A DNA stretch of 64,000 bases from Eremomyces bilateralis CBS 781.70. Lineage: Eukaryota. Under the pieces are notes generated by a model. It ran no database searches. It was not told the DNA's origin and saw only the letters and a list, made by a program, of their open reading frames with translations. The stretch is from the NCBI GenBank assembly GCA_010015585.1, contig ML975168.1, one strand, 5' to 3'. Both the position numbers and the translations under genes were made by a program. Shown one piece after another: positions 49,799 to 61,695 of the stretch; position 1 is the stretch's first letter, and every line of letters begins with the position of its first letter.

Positions 49799-51056
49799 CT
49801 AGTGCTTCGCAGTGACAGGGTCGCCAGTCAATTTCTCAACGGCATCTTTCGCGCTGTGTGGGAGAGGTTAGCAAGAGCACGATTCAGGGACGAGAGGAAC
49901 ACATACACATCGCCCAACGCCACCATGCAGATGGTCTGCCACACGCCCAATGCAATCCGTGGCGAGACCCCACGATACAGCCCCTTCAACCCGTTCTGCG
50001 AGTAAATATACTTCGCCGCCGTCCCCACCGTCAGCTTCTTCGGCCGGTTCGCATCCTCCGTCTTGCTCTGCATCTCCACGCGGATCACCTCGATCGGCTG
50101 ATTCCACGCGGACAACCCTCCACCCAGCGCGCTCGCGAGGACCTTCTCCGGCACGCTGAGCTTCTCCGACGCCTTCTTGCCTGTGAACGAGCGGATCCCA
50201 TCCTCCGCGACGCGCGATAGCCCGAATCGGCTCCCCCAGTTTGTCACCTGCCGGATCGCCACCGCGTTGACGCCCTTGTTGATCCCGCGGATACCCTCGG
50301 CACGGTAGATGCCCATGAAGGTCTCGAAGGTGCCGGGCACGCGCGCACCGGACGACGCGGCCTTGATCTTGGTGATCTCGACGGTCTTCATGCACGTGCA
50401 GAAGCCCATGGTGGCGTACGCTTGCGCAAGGCCGCCGACCATGCCGCCGGTGATGCCGCCGACGAAGGGCGAGGCGCCGGCGTAGCGGGCGTAGAATTCG
50501 GCCTCCGAGGCAACGAAGAGGAGCACCGCACCTTTGGTGGAGGCTTCGATCCAGGCCCAGGGGATGAGGCCTTGGTAGACTGGAGGGGGTTAGAGGGGGA
50601 AATGGGGGGTTGGGAAGGGACGTACAGCCTAGGGGACCGCCGCGGCCCCAGATGCGGGAGATGGCGCCGCCGAAGCCGTCGGAGCGGTTGGCGGCCATGG
50701 TGGTCTTGGTCACTTCGAGGGGCTGGGTAGGGGGTTAGATTTGGGGGATGATGGGTTGGAAAGATATCCGGTTAGGGTTGAGACACACCTGACCCAATGT
50801 CGTGACCCTGTAGACTGATTAGAATCCACGTAACACCATCACTGAGAATTATCAAACTTACTCAAACATATTCAAACCGGCGCCGACTGTTCAATCAGCT
50901 CGTTAGCCTTCCTCTTATTGCCAAACTCCAATCCATTGTCCAGTAGAATTGAGAGTATCTCCTCACTCTCCACCACTACACCACCGGTACAAAGAACCAC
51001 TTACCCAGCAAGTTGCTGAACTTCACCGGCTGCTTCACTAACTTCTCATCGGCCAT
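49799..51056 (-). CDS. YHM2: Mitochondrial citrate/2-oxoglutarate carrier
   Basis: MADEKLVKQPVKFSNLL|VGAGLNMFE|VTTLGQ|PLEVTKTTMAANR...GLIPWAWIEASTKGAVLLF...QAYATMGFCTCMKTVEIT...WNQPIEVIRVEMQS; several very short exons. Confidence 0.92.
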
Positions 51057-52735
51057 CTGTATCTCGGGGTGCGAACGAAGGGGGCCGGACCGAGGCAATC
51101 GTGCGGCGTCGTCGCCTTAAGATGGAGCGGTGATAGAGTTCGTGAGGGACGTCCGACGACTGAGAGGTCGAGGGAAATCAAAGAGCGGTATTCGGACGAG
51201 GAACAAAAAGGGGAGGAGTGGAGAGGGACGTCTGTTTCAGGGAGATGTGGTTAGTTTGGGGTTCAATGACGGATGAGGTGCTCGAGGTGAATTCAACGAA
51301 TTGGGGAGCTGTGCAACAAGTCGGAGCCAATTCGAGTCGGACTGTCAAGATCTAGACCAGATGATCACCTTGAGATGTCTCTAGGTCACCATCGACCAGC
51401 TGAATTGACGCCTCACGAATTCGGAGTCCTCCCGACTTCAGACTCACAACAGTCCGTCCGGGCTGACAGCAGCTCAACAGAACTCCGACGATGGACACGG
51501 TGCGCCCAAGCCAGCACGCCCCTTAAACCACACCGAAAAGCACCAGAACAGGATCAGCACTCACCAACTCAGCTCGCGACGAAGAATGGGGCCACGCAGC
51601 GATACGGCAAAATGACAAGTATACGAACCAAAAATCGGAGGAGGATAGATTGCTGTTCAGGTTGATGGATGGGGTGTCGGGAATCCAGGAAATGTTTGGG
51701 TCAGGGACGTTACCGGTGCCAAGGATGCCTGACCGGTGTGGGCGCTGATTGGCTGGGACGGCGTCAGAGCCTCAGGCCGAACCCGATCACCGAGGGTCGG
51801 CTTGTCACGAGGAAATCCGGGTTTGGGGGGATTTTGGGACGGAATGTTCCTAACTTGCCGGTAATGGATGAACCGAGTTAGTGAACCTGGTGAAACGGTA
51901 GATCTAGACTTTTAGAGACATGAATTACGAAGTTACGATCAATCCGCTCATCGCTCCAGAGTCTGGTCACTCTCCCCAGTATCCGCCACGCCCACTGCCA
52001 GTCCTCGAGCTCCCCCAACATACTCCAGAGAGGGTGCAGGAGCTATATACGGGATAACATTGCATTCCCGATTCCGTAATTACCTGACATTTCTCCTCCA
52101 ATTCCTCCATAGACACAGTAACCAAGCGATCCCTCAAACTTGCGTTGAGACCTAACCCCCAATCGTACCCCATGCACCCCATCGGCCAAACCCCAGCCGA
52201 CGAGTCTAGCACCCCGACCACCGGCCCCAATCTTCTCCGATACGCTCCGGTGCCGTTCCCCGGCGCCCCTAGTTCGCCGCCCGACACCGGGAGGTGGTTA
52301 GCTAGTTTTCCCGGAGATGCTCCGTAGTCCCTAGATAAATTTTTCCAAGTGGCATTGCGTTGATTAGGGACAGAATTTTAGGAGACTTGGGGAACGAGGA
52401 CGGCAGGAAGGGAGAAAGAGAGAAGCGGAGAGGTATAGGTCTAATACTACAAGTACGGTACTCTACGCACATGATGATACGATTGCTGCCGTTTCCGAAT
52501 CTACTGGACGTGAAAGAGATTTTACTACACAAACGAACTCGGCGGAGTTCGAAACGCCTCCAGATCTTCGTCTCTGGATGCATCAGCCAGTCTGATTTCG
52601 CCGCCAGATCTGCTTCTGGCAGCATTCAGCTCATTCGGGAAACCTCCACTCCTCCGTATCCCAATTCCCAACATCCCGGCACTCAGTGTGCAACATCCCT
52701 CTCCTCAACCAGTGTGACAGTAGCTGATCCGCTCC

Positions 52736-54378
52736 TTACAACTTCGCGCCCACCAACTTCGCATACGACAGCGTATCCAAGCTCTTCGGCCTCTCAATCG
52801 GCGATCCAACCGCGCGATCAATGATCAACTGCGGCAACACGCCCAGCGCCCTGCTCACACCGAACAATACGGTGTAGAAATTCTGCTGCGTGAGCCCGTA
52901 GTACTGCAGCAGCACGCCCGAGTGGGCGTCGACGTTCGGCCACGGGTTCTTGGTCTTCCCGTGCTCGGTCAACACGCCCGGCGCGATCTTGTACACCTGC
53001 GAGACGAGCTTGAACATCGGGTCGTCGGGGAGGTGCTTCTGGGCGAACTCGCGCTGCGAGACGTAGCGCGGGTCGGTCTTGCGGAGGACGGCGTGGCCGT
53101 AGCCAGGGACGACGCGGCCGGCTTTGAGGGTGGACCAGAGGTAGTCCTTGATGGAGGCGTCGGAGAGATCGTTGCCGATGGCCTCCTTCATCTGCGTGAG
53201 CCAGCCGAGGACTTCCTGGTTGGCGAGGCCGTGCAGCGGGCCGGCGAGGCCGTTAAGCCCGGCGGCGAGGGAGAGCATGGGGGAGGACAGGGCGCTGCCG
53301 ACGAGGTGGGTGGCGTGCGCGGAGACGTTGCCGCCCTCGTGGTCGGAGTGGATGGTGAGGTAGAGGCGCATCAGCTCGACGAAATCACCGTTCTCGGCGA
53401 ACCCGAGCTGGTTGGCGAGGTTGTAGGAGTAGTCCTTGTCTTTCTGCGTCTCGGCGACCTTGCCGTCGTGGTACACGTTGCGGTAGATGCGCGCCGCGAT
53501 GGTCGGCAGCTTGGCGATCAGGTCCATGCTGTCTTCGAAGGTGTGCTCCCAGTACTGCGACTTGTGGATGCCCTTGGCGTATGCCTTGGCGAAGGAGCTC
53601 TCGTGCTCGAGCGCGGTGACGGCGAGCGAGAACTGCGCCATCGGGTGCAGGGTGTTCGGGCAGCGGTCGAGCAGCTCCTCGACGAACTTGGGGACCGCGG
53701 AACGGGCGGCCCATTCGGCGGAGAGCTCGCGGACTTGTTGCTCGGTGGGGACCTCGCCGGTCAGGAGGAGCCAGAAGAGACCTTCGGGGAGGGGCTCGTT
53801 GCCGCCAGGGCCTTTGGGAAGGAGTTCCTGGCAGTCAGGGATCTACGGTGGGTTTAGCGATGGTTTCGGATACTTTGTTGGGAGAGGGACTTACGGTCTT
53901 GCCGCGGAAGCGGATGCCCTCCTCAGAATCGAGGACTGAACCCTCCCAGACCAGGGACTTGATGCCGCGAGCACCACCGTAGGCTTGGTCCAAAGTTACT
54001 TCACCGATGACCTTGCTGCCATGTTCTCTATTCGATGATAGCCAGTCAGCTGTCTGCTATTTCCGATATAGATCCCAATTGTAATAGAAGCCGGTATCCT
54101 CCGTCATCTCGATCTGGGTAGCAAACGTACTTTTTTAACTTCTTGATCTTCTCGATCTGGCCCGGGATCTGCGCCGCGAATGTCTCTTTCAAGGTCTGTA
54201 CGGCGCATCATCATCAGCGATGGGTTCGTAGGTAGACAAAATCTCATCAATTTATGCATACCGCGCTCTTCGCAGAGTAGAACCGCGCACCAGAAACGGT
54301 GCCAACCTTCCAAGCGGCCGCCGACCTCGCCATCGACGCATTCCGCACCGCGGACGATAACCTCATAGCCGTCGCCAT
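52736..54378 (-). CDS. CIT1: Mitochondrial citrate synthase
   Basis: Arg/Ala/Ser-rich presequence, then [59 protein letters not shown] and NVDAHSG. Confidence 0.96.
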
Positions 54379-55776
54379 TGTTTTTGTCTAATCCGGACCT
54401 CCGCGAACGAAGACGTGCAGCAAGCTTGCAATGATGCAATTGGGCAATCTCCCAGCGACGAATTGACAAACAACGAAGGGAATCTCAACAGCGAGAGCCG
54501 TGGGATTCCGGGGTGAGAGAAGGGATGGAGACGGAATGGATTGGATGGATGGAATTGGGGGAGAATAATGATGGTGGAAAGGAGAGGAAAAAAATGTAGA
54601 AAAGAATTATGACGGATGGTCGGATGGGCGACGAGGAAAATAATACTGGGGGAGGTGGAGCAATGGTCGCAGGAGAATCTGTGTGAGGTTGCTGTGCGAT
54701 GGAATGGGAAGGGAAGCTTTGGGCGCTTGACGTCGAGGGTTCCGTTCTCCTTGATCACCTTTGATTTTCTTCTTATCTTGCTCTTGGTTAACTTCAGGGA
54801 GAATTGAGGGAATTAACGGTTAAGAGATTTCATTCCCATTTTCCCCGTCATGTAGTTAGATAGACCTTTACCTCCATTCCCCTTCCGCTTCCATCATCAC
54901 CTGCATACCCGACCTGCACCTCAATCCGCCCATCGGAACCCCCAATTCACGATTCATGTAGCCTACGGCTCAACCCGACTGGCCAATTCCTCTCCCCGAG
55001 CATCTGAGACGCTGAAAGTCTGAAACCTGCGCGACGCCAGCGAAAAATAGTAAAATACCGTAATACGATGGGGCCGCGGCACGGTCCAGCTTCGGAGTCC
55101 GGTCGGGGTGGTGCCTGGTGAAGCTCGGAAGGAGGCGAAAATCGAGCTGGCGGGCGTTCCGGCATCTGGCGATCGGGTGCTTGTAGGGTTTAATTGGGGA
55201 GGATTTGGATGGCGGGATCGAGGGACGATGGGTTTGGGACCTCGGGTTGGCGTGGCTGCGTTGGGTTGAAGGAGCGTCATCATCATCGCGATACTCGGTA
55301 AGCCTTGCTTTATTATTATTACTGTGGTCTGTATTCCGTAGCAACGCTGCTCCTCCATGTGTGGTTGATCCATGCTCGAACCCACAGAACTGGAAGGCAT
55401 CGCCAGGCTGCAAGGCATAAACGCTTCGTCTGGAGCCCAGACTAGACCCTGACGATCGTGATCCGAAGACCACAACGGTAGAATCAAATGTAAGTGCGTT
55501 CAAGAAGAATGGAAGAAGCCATCCAGAAGATCGTCCGGATCCTCTCCCCAAAGGCAACGCTTTAGATTACTATAAACAACAGGATTAGTCGTGACCATAT
55601 ACAATACATCCACACAACCGAACTTTTATCGCCATCCAAGATGATGACGGACATACGAACCGCAGCCGCAGCACATGTACGTAGGGGGGTATATATATTT
55701 TTGAGGCAATCCATCAATCCCAAATCTCAAACGCCAAACTCAGAAAATCTCCCGAGCCCTCTCTCCAATTCATCCT

Positions 55777-58700
55777 TCACGAATCCTCCGTCTGCTCCCC
55801 GCTCATCCCCCCACTACTCCGACTTGCCCTCCCCGCCTCCCCCAAAAACGTCGTCGAACTCCTCCTCCACACTGCCTCCCTCTCCCTCCCCAACGGACTC
55901 GCCACCGCTCCAAACGCCCCCGCACCCCCCAACCCAACCGAACTTCCACTCCCCCCCACCGCCTCCCGCGCGCTCACCTGCGTCGTGCTCAACGGCGTCG
56001 CCGCGTTCAGGAACCCGGCGCCGGGCCCCGCCCCCTTGCCCGCACCCATCCTCTCCCGCAGCGCGCGGATCTGCTGCAGCCGCGCGCGCCACGAGGACAC
56101 GTACTCCCCGCCCTCGCGACTCGCCCAGACGAGGCTGAAGACCGAGGCGTTGAGGGCGAGGAGGCGGGCGAGTGAGGGGAGGGACTTGGTGGAGATGAGC
56201 TTGGGTTGGGATGCTGGGGAGATTTTGGGGAAGGAGGGGGAGGAGACGAGGTGGATGGTGTAGAAGGGTTTGGAAGGGTCGGTGGAGGAGGGGGCGGGAG
56301 AGGAGGTAGTGGATCCGAGGGTGGAGGGGCGGGATTCGGGGTTGATGACGATGTAGGCGTAGTTGAAGGCGGAGGGGAAGGTGTTGAAGTTGAAGGGCTG
56401 CCCGGAGGCGTTCCAGATGATGTTGACGAAGTCGTTACCGATGTGCCGCTTTTTGTTGACGCAGTGCGGATCGTGCTCGAGGTTCGTCGGCATGAGCGTC
56501 GTGACGTGGAAGACGATCTCGCTGACCCGGTCGCGCCAGAGGATGGCGTGTTCTCCGTCCGTGTCGAATTCGCGGTCGAGACCCTGAGTGTTCAATTGGC
56601 AATTCTTGAGTTTCGTGAGGGTACCAAGACGGGCTATGAACTCGGTGTAGTCAGCGGAGCCACTGGTGTTGGCGAGGATGTCTTTTTCTTCGGTTTGGCC
56701 TGGCCCGATGTAGATTACTCCCACTTTGTGACCATCCAGGACAGGAATCCTATCAAGAGAGCTGATGGCGCGTCGAATGGCGTCATCGTCAGGGAGCGGT
56801 ATAAGCTCTGGCTGATCGGTTCCGATCATCGACAAAGGCGAGTAGAAATCCTGCAGAACGTCGTCCGGTAAGACTCCAACGTACTCGGATCGGTAGAAAA
56901 CATCCGCTGCCAGTCCTGTGGTCAGATGAACCTGGTGCCGTGGCGGGTCGATCATTTGCGGGCGAAAGATCGAGTATCGATTCCCGGTTGGCCGTCTCCG
57001 TGTGATCTGTGAGAGACCAGTCCGGCCTGCGGTTTCGATCGACATTAAACTCATCCCCACAATCCAAGTCTTCGTGGAGACGAGGCCATCAGCAACGGAC
57101 GCAAAATGGGGGTTTGGCTTCGTTTCGTCTCGATCTGAATACGTAACCCGCTGCATCATATCGACCGTCACGAGACCCTGGTCTTCGACAAATGGTTGAC
57201 CAGAAGAGTCAGTATAGGTCAGGTTCTTCGCAATCCAACTCATGTAGGAGACGCGATCTTGCATCTTGAGCGCCATGAACCAGTATGTGATGACGTGAAA
57301 AGTCTTGACGTAGACATATTGCGGGAGGTCCTCCGGGTGGGGGTTTGGTGTGTAACGCTGCTCTCGACCCGACGCGGCGGCCGAATCTTTCGACGAACCG
57401 CTCTGTCGCGTGCCCGACGACACGGTTCGTCCCGAGTTCACTCCCAGATTCTCTTTTTCTTGTTTGTCGCGGACGGACTGGAGGTATCGGAAACACACAC
57501 CGAAAACCATCCGATACTCATCCTCGCGGAAATTCTTGTAGAGCTCGGGCATCCGCGCAAGGCCGGCCAAGAACTCCAAGATATGCACCGAGACGGGTTG
57601 CTGCGTGATGATCTGGGCCATTTTCTGAATGATGGTATCCAATACCTTGGACATGGACAGCGGCAGCTCATGGCAACAGATGGACATGGCGTGAATGCAC
57701 CATTTGGAGGTCCGATCCCAGGATCCGATTCCACTGATGAATGTGCGCACGATATCATCTTCTTCATTCTTGCTGAAGTGCTCGTTGTACCCCAGAAGCA
57801 TTGTGAGGATGTGGAACAAGCACACCGCAACATCGCCCTTCTTTAGTCCCGTGGACGGCGGAGGGTCCATGAAACTTTTGTTCCGGATCTGCTCAGAGAT
57901 GACACTTCGGAGGAGCTGAATCTGGGGTGCGGATCCGTGGAACAACGTCTTGTTTGCCAGTTGCGTGCCAAGATGAACAAGAACATAGGTGTACAGCTCC
58001 CAGTCCGGTTGATGGAGAAGGATGGAGACCGCAATTTCGAGCCACTGGGAGATGTCGAGTACCGATGAGTTTTGACGCTCCATTTCTCGACTCGAAGCGG
58101 AACCGACGCGAATCAGCGGGCTCGAACGGGATGCAAGTTCGTCTGGAAGTCCTTCGGGGTCGGGGTAGAGCCATAGCTTCGGCAACGGTTTGGGGGGGGA
58201 AGTCGGTGGATCTTTTGACGCCAATGGGAGAATGGATGACTTGCGATGACTGTCCTTGGAAGAAGCATTCTTGTCCGATGAAGTGTGGCGTTGTAATGGT
58301 GACGGATCCGGCCGACGCTCTTCTACTCGTTCTGCCGTTCTTCCAAGCACGCGAGCAACGCTCTCGACGTCCAGGGTTGTCTCGATGAAAACCGAGTAAC
58401 TGGAGTCGGCGCGAAGCCTGAACAGAAGCTTAAAGACCATAATGCGGGCATCCGACGGTACGTTGTCAGAAGAAGCAATGTGCAAGATAAGGTCGTAGAG
58501 TTTTAGCGTTCTGTCGCCATGCCGGTTAAGGTTCCTCATGAACATCCTCACAACTCCCTTAGCTAGAACGTAGGACGGTGATGATTTCGGGTTTCCACTT
58601 TCGTTGGACTGGATGCTTCCATCGGCACTGCCCTCTAATGTAGCCTTCGCAGAATCTCCTGATTCAAAAATGCCTGACGCAAATTTTCCGATTATTCCTT

Positions 58701-60528
58701 CAAACCGGCACTGAGTTGTATGATCAGTATGCTCAACTGCCAGGCCGACGATCCGTTCAAGTAACGCGGTGTCTTTTTCCCGTGGGATGCTTTGCAGTAT
58801 CGAATCCATCATCGAATTTGCCGAGTCGTCGTCTCGGATACTGTCGATGGTGAGGAATGAGTCTTTCAAAACATCGAATACACGGATTCTGGTGGGTGTC
58901 GGTCGAGATGGATCCCTTAACACATTTCGTATGAGAGTCTTGCAACTGGATTTCCACTGCGAGTCGGACGGGAATAGAAGTCTTTCCACGGAGATGTAAT
59001 CGAGAAGTGTCTCAATGGCCGGATTGCTCAAACGGTTGCAGAGGCCTAGCATCATCTGTGCCAACTCCGACTTATGAACTAGATCAAATGACCCGAAACG
59101 ATCGTTGATGCTGTTCAAAATCCGGCGTAGGGCCTGGTCAACTCTTTCCCCATCTCTTTCTTCGAGAGGCACCGATTCCCTTCCATTCACTGGCACAGCA
59201 CCCGTTCCATTGCCATTCATTTCATGTGGCGAAATTTTGCCAGCGCAATGCAAAATGATTTCCCCCGCATCTTTTATCAGGTTCTCCTCCATAATCGCTC
59301 TCCTGAGGGGTTCGTTGGCTTGTAGATCGGCAATAAAATGAAGAACATCCGCGTCGTGCTTTTTTCGATCAATTGCCAATGAGCTTTTCACCGCCGGTAT
59401 GAAGACAGAGAGAGACAACTTTGGAAGACCCTCTTTGCCGTTCTCATGGACGAGATCAGCAAGAACACGGAACGCAGCGCGTACAAAGTTGCGATCCGGC
59501 TCTTGTTTCGTATCGCATCGAAGGGCGAGGAGGAGTGCCGACGTTGCCGTATGGCCAAGATGAGATTTGAAGATATTGGCCAAGGCACCCCAAGCCTGAG
59601 TATGTAGCACTTCCAGTTGCCGGTAGATATCTGCCAACAGCGCTAACCAGGACCGAAGGGGCCGATCAGGTACAGTGTTGTATGTAACCAGTGCGTCCAT
59701 GACGAGTATCGAGTTGCTGATATCGGATTGGACGTTCGTCCTCTTGCAAAACGTGATGACTTGCTCAACAATCGTAGTGATGTCGTCCTTGGTGAGAATC
59801 CTCGAGTTAAATTTCGTGACATCGACAACCAGATGGAACACTCGGCTGCATAGCAGCTCCTCTTTGGCGCTACTCTCCAATTTTAGCTTGTTTTTTCTCC
59901 GCGCATCTACCACGATATCATACGAGTTCTTGAGGAAGTAATTAAGCAGTCCGCCTAATGAGCCTTCGAGTACATCGACGTCCCTCCCGTTGTGAGAAAG
60001 CTCCTGCAATATGCCGAATCGTTCTTCTAGTCGCTCGTCCCGAGGGACCTTCTGAATCGCTTGGAGGATCATTCGACGTTCGAGGGATGTGATATCGGGG
60101 CATTTGGCCAACGCCAACAGTAGCCCATAGCCAGCGGTCGGGCCGGTTGGGGCGTTGGATTCATCCAGCAGATCCTGAGCAGATTGCCATATACCTGCGA
60201 TGTTTCGAACCGGATACTCCGATAACAACGTGCAGATCTTATGTGCGGCGGCGGTCCTGGTTCCCAAGCCTTGTTGGAGGCCGAGTAACTCCAACTGTTG
60301 GCTGAGCTCTACCGGAGCTACGACGACATCGGTTCTCCCATTCTTCAGGTCCGCATCAACAACGTCTGAATTCGATTCGTGGTCTCCTGAGGAATGGCTC
60401 GCTGGTGGTGGGGTGGAAATGGTGGGTTGTGATCGACGGGTTACAAGAAGGTTCTTAAATGTCCCTAATAGTGCTGACGAAGAAGACTTTCTGTCCGGAG
60501 TTCGTATTGTATCTTGTGGCGGAGGCAT
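55777..60528 (-). CDS. TSC2: Tuberin (Rheb GAP), single exon, ~1583 aa
   Basis: N-terminal helical region; tuberin domain (DWELYTYVLVHL, CIHAMSICCHELP); Rap-GAP domain (HKVGVIYIGPGQ, IVFHVTTLMP, KKRHIGNDFVNI). Confidence 0.95.
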   Translation of the reverse strand: MPPPQDTIRTPDRKSSSSALLGTFKNLLVTRRSQPTISTPPPASHSSGDHESNSDVVDADLKNGRTDVVVAPVELSQQLELLGLQQGLGTRTAAAHKICTLLSEYPVRNIAGIWQSAQDLLDESNAPTGPTAGYGLLLALAKCPDITSLERRMILQAIQKVPRDERLEERFGILQELSHNGRDVDVLEGSLGGLLNYFLKNSYDIVVDARRKNKLKLESSAKEELLCSRVFHLVVDVTKFNSRILTKDDITTIVEQVITFCKRTNVQSDISNSILVMDALVTYNTVPDRPLRSWLALLADIYRQLEVLHTQAWGALANIFKSHLGHTATSALLLALRCDTKQEPDRNFVRAAFRVLADLVHENGKEGLPKLSLSVFIPAVKSSLAIDRKKHDADVLHFIADLQANEPLRRAIMEENLIKDAGEIILHCAGKISPHEMNGNGTGAVPVNGRESVPLEERDGERVDQALRRILNSINDRFGSFDLVHKSELAQMMLGLCNRLSNPAIETLLDYISVERLLFPSDSQWKSSCKTLIRNVLRDPSRPTPTRIRVFDVLKDSFLTIDSIRDDDSANSMMDSILQSIPREKDTALLERIVGLAVEHTDHTTQCRFEGIIGKFASGIFESGDSAKATLEGSADGSIQSNESGNPKSSPSYVLAKGVVRMFMRNLNRHGDRTLKLYDLILHIASSDNVPSDARIMVFKLLFRLRADSSYSVFIETTLDVESVARVLGRTAERVEERRPDPSPLQRHTSSDKNASSKDSHRKSSILPLASKDPPTSPPKPLPKLWLYPDPEGLPDELASRSSPLIRVGSASSREMERQNSSVLDISQWLEIAVSILLHQPDWELYTYVLVHLGTQLANKTLFHGSAPQIQLLRSVISEQIRNKSFMDPPPSTGLKKGDVAVCLFHILTMLLGYNEHFSKNEEDDIVRTFISGIGSWDRTSKWCIHAMSICCHELPLSMSKVLDTIIQKMAQIITQQPVSVHILEFLAGLARMPELYKNFREDEYRMVFGVCFRYLQSVRDKQEKENLGVNSGRTVSSGTRQSGSSKDSAAASGREQRYTPNPHPEDLPQYVYVKTFHVITYWFMALKMQDRVSYMSWIAKNLTYTDSSGQPFVEDQGLVTVDMMQRVTYSDRDETKPNPHFASVADGLVSTKTWIVGMSLMSIETAGRTGLSQITRRRPTGNRYSIFRPQMIDPPRHQVHLTTGLAADVFYRSEYVGVLPDDVLQDFYSPLSMIGTDQPELIPLPDDDAIRRAISSLDRIPVLDGHKVGVIYIGPGQTEEKDILANTSGSADYTEFIARLGTLTKLKNCQLNTQGLDREFDTDGEHAILWRDRVSEIVFHVTTLMPTNLEHDPHCVNKKRHIGNDFVNIIWNASGQPFNFNTFPSAFNYAYIVINPESRPSTLGSTTSSPAPSSTDPSKPFYTIHLVSSPSFPKISPASQPKLISTKSLPSLARLLALNASVFSLVWASREGGEYVSSWRARLQQIRALRERMGAGKGAGPGAGFLNAATPLSTTQVSAREAVGGSGSSVGLGGAGAFGAVASPLGREREAVWRRSSTTFLGEAGRASRSSGGMSGEQTEDS

Positions 60529-61017
60529 AACTCCTAGGACGGCACTCGACCGGCCTCGTAGGACAAATCCAACTTCAAGTTCGATTCCCAAAGTCGACGA
60601 AGCGGAGTATCAGGCCATGAGTTCCCGAGCCGCTTCCAGCAACACGATGCAGCCCACTATACAACAATGACTGTCATGGATATGAAGGCAATTATTCCAA
60701 AAGGCCTCCCAATTTTGTCTCTCGTATCCACTCCAAAAGGATAGCACCGCTTGGGCAAGAAGCAAGTACTACCTAACCGTACTCAGGTGGGCCGTTCTGG
60801 ATGCTGCGGGTTGCGGGAAGGCACCGTATGGAGTTTGATGTCGGTTTCGGGAACGGTGACGCCAAGTTCGGTGACAAGGCCGAAAGCTTGAAGGCTTTCG
60901 GGGGCACATGAGTTGGGAGGAGGTCGAAGATGTAGAGATGGCTAGATACTGAGTAGTCTTCAAGATCTGCGATATCACGAACTGATTCACAGATCTTGTG
61001 GTCCAGAAACTCCGCAT

Positions 61018-61469
61018 AGGGCGACAAGGCGATAAGGCGACAAGGTATGAATCTTGGAGCCTCCGAGGCTTCAACAGCAATAAGGCTTGCAGTTGGAGGG
61101 TTCCTTCGGGGTGGATAAAATTGAGTCGCGTATCTTGGCATTCCCCCAAACATCACCACCATTACAGGCAGGCCCAATTCGATCAAAAACAGCATAATAT
61201 CAAAAATAATTCTCTTTTCCTAACTAAGCGACTACTAGAGGTCTGTTTTGGTGAATTCTCCGCCGTGTTCTGGTCAAGGTCGCGGGAGCTCTGGCTGGGG
61301 AAATGCCAAGAAACGCGACTCAATTTTGGAGGGTTGGATCAATGGTTCCTCCGGTTGGAAGTTCTAAGGCGACAAGGCGATAAGAAATTGACATGGATCA
61401 ATGATGGAGGAAATCTCAGCGGAATCAAATGGAGGAATCCTCCGAATCAATCAACAAGGCGACAAGGCG
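61018..61469 (+). repeat. Three clusters of an 8-bp AAGGCGAY tandem unit
   Basis: GGCGACAAGGCGATAAGGCGACAAGG (~61018-61045), TAAGGCGACAAGGCGATAAG (61365-61384) and ACAAGGCGACAAGGCG (61454-61469). Confidence 0.75.
61117..61327. repeat. 32-bp inverted repeat (30/32 identical) with 147-bp spacer
   Basis: AAAATTGAGTCGCGTATCTTGGCATTCCCCCA (61117-61148) matches the reverse complement of 61296-61327. Confidence 0.85.
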
Positions 61470-61695
61470 CAGACGCACCTGTCAGGCAACAGAACTTGCA
61501 AATCAGGTGCAAGCCGTCCGCTGTTCCCCTACTCCACCAGTCGCTGCGAGCAACCGCCACTAATAAACTTTGTGTTGTGCCTCAGGAAGCCAACAGCTTC
61601 AAACACGGACAGCTTGAATTTATTTCGTTACCAACTTCTACTTTCAATCTACCACTCTCCTCCTCGTTCATTGTCATAGTGGCCTTCTCCTCAGT

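Noticed and set aside
61018..61469. CRISPR-like array suggested by recurring repeats
   Set aside because: Eukaryotic context, 8-bp units, irregular spacing and no cas genes.
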